The notes under the pieces were generated by a model that did not search any database, was not told the DNA's origin, and was given only the letters and a program-made list of their open reading frames with translations. The position numbers and the translations under genes were made by a program. From the NCBI GenBank assembly GCA_013265495.1, contig MU057584.1:62001-126000 (forward strand): a stretch of DNA of 64,000 nt. The letters run 5' to 3'. How positions within the stretch are numbered: the first letter of the stretch is position 1; each line of letters begins with the position of its first letter. The stretch is from Vicugna vicugna. Lineage: Eukaryota. Shown in pieces: positions 62,431-64,000 of this stretch.

Positions 62431-64000
62431 CCCTAATAATATGGGGGAATACCTCCATGATCTCAGGGTAGGAAGTTTTCTTAATAAGTACATATAAAAT
62501 CCACTAATCATAAAAGGAAAGACTGATATTTTAGACCCTATCAAAATTAAGGACACATCTATTCATCAAAAGACACCATTATGAGACCTCACTTTAATAA
62601 TGAACAAATATATTTTTAAAACCCCATTTCTAAGACAGTTGGGAAAATAAATATACTAACTGGAATGTTTGATGAGGTTACTTGAATTTTAAAAAATGAT
62701 AACAGGATTATTTCAGAAAACTGAAGTTCAGCATGTATGTGTGCGTAAGTACGTGGGTGTGCATGCACACGCACACACACACAAACTGGTCTAAGCCCCA
62801 TCTCCAATTTAACAATGGAAAATCTCAGTAGATGAATTTAAGGGGAGGACTGCCAATGATGAGAGCAAAGACAGTAATCTCTAAGAGTAAGTAATAGAAA
62901 TTTCTCAAAACACAGAGTAGAAATACAACCAGTTGGAAATCAAGTTGGGAAGAGAGGAGATTTGAAAGATACATCCTGGAAACCTATCATGCGAGTAAAA
63001 GGAATTCCAAAAATTGAAGAAGGAAACCACAGAGAAGAGAAAATAATTAACTAGATAATGGAAGGACACTGTCTTGAGCTGAAGAAAGAAGTAACACTGC
63101 AGACTGATAAGGCTACCTACCAAGGCTCATGCCTGGATTGATGAAAAAAAACTCCCACCTGGGCATATCTGGGCAGAATTCTGGAATTCTAAGATTAAAA
63201 TGAAAATCTTAGAAACCCTCAGGCAGAAAGAACAAGTTACTCATAAAAGCAAAAGAATCCATTGATACTGAACTCTTCCTCTACAAAACAGGAACACAGA
63301 AGAAGGGAGGAGCACTCCCACATGCTAAAGAGAACAGAACAGCAAGCCAACAGTGTTCTACTGAAGCTACGTGTCATTTACTTGTCAGAGCAAAAGGAAG
63401 GATCGGCCTGAACCCAGAGAGTACATCCCCACAGGAGGAAAACACACAGAATTGCTAACCACCAAATGCTGCCTGCGGCTGTGGCTCCCGAGAACTATAA
63501 GCCCGAGGAGAAGTACCAGCCTCACAACCTAGATGGAGCCAAGATGCCCTCTGGTTCTGTGCTTGTTTCAGCTACTCCCATATCATCAGGAAGCAGCAGC
63601 TCCAGACTATCATCTTATAAACCAGGAGATGCTGGCAAAGAAGACCAGTCCAACATCCTGCTCATACAGCAGAGGCTGCACCCTGTGAGAAGCCGGGTCA
63701 CTGTCCTGGCCCCCAGATCCAGAGCGGTGGTGAGACTCCACCCCTGAGGAGAGGCAGGCCATAAAGACCACAGCCCTGTGGCTCTCCCTAAGGGGAATGA
63801 CCTTATTTGAGAGTGTGGGTGAGTTAAACTTCATAATGTCAGAGATCCCACTTTACATACATTTATTGCTTTAGTAAGATGAAGTTCATTGCAAAATTAA
63901 AAAATAGAAGAGAACTATATTGAATACCTTCTAATGGCCTATATTGACAAAGAATATGACAAGGAATATACATGTGTGTCTGTATGTGTTAGAGCAGGCA

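Overview
Mammalian genomic DNA containing part of a KRAB C2H2 zinc-finger gene cluster. The host is probably a camelid, inferred from about ten copies of a short tRNA-derived SINE resembling Vic-1. Gene order and protein sequence match the human 19q13.31 series as I recall it: the last exon of ZNF227 (+, 17 intact fingers), complete ZNF233 (+, five exons, 8 canonical fingers) and complete ZNF235 (-, five exons, 15 fingers, convergent with ZNF233). Both visible promoters are CpG-rich and carry paired ZNF143/THAP11-type ACTACAnTTCCCAG motifs plus ETS sites. Introns and intergenic DNA are mostly L1, MaLR/MER21-type LTRs, Tigger/MER20 relics, solo LTRs and a decayed class I ERV in a ZNF235 intron. 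I found no convincing new biological system. The most notable observations are an orphan KRAB-ZNF start exon at 29.2 kb, loss of the canonical ZNF233 KRAB-B splice donor with in-frame alternatives nearby, a near-identical KRAB-A tract with a shared Y-to-H change in both paralogues, a GC-shifted repeat patch beside the ZNF235 KRAB-A exon, and nested retroposition into the ERV env. Repeat family names and orthology come from pattern recognition and recall, not database searches.
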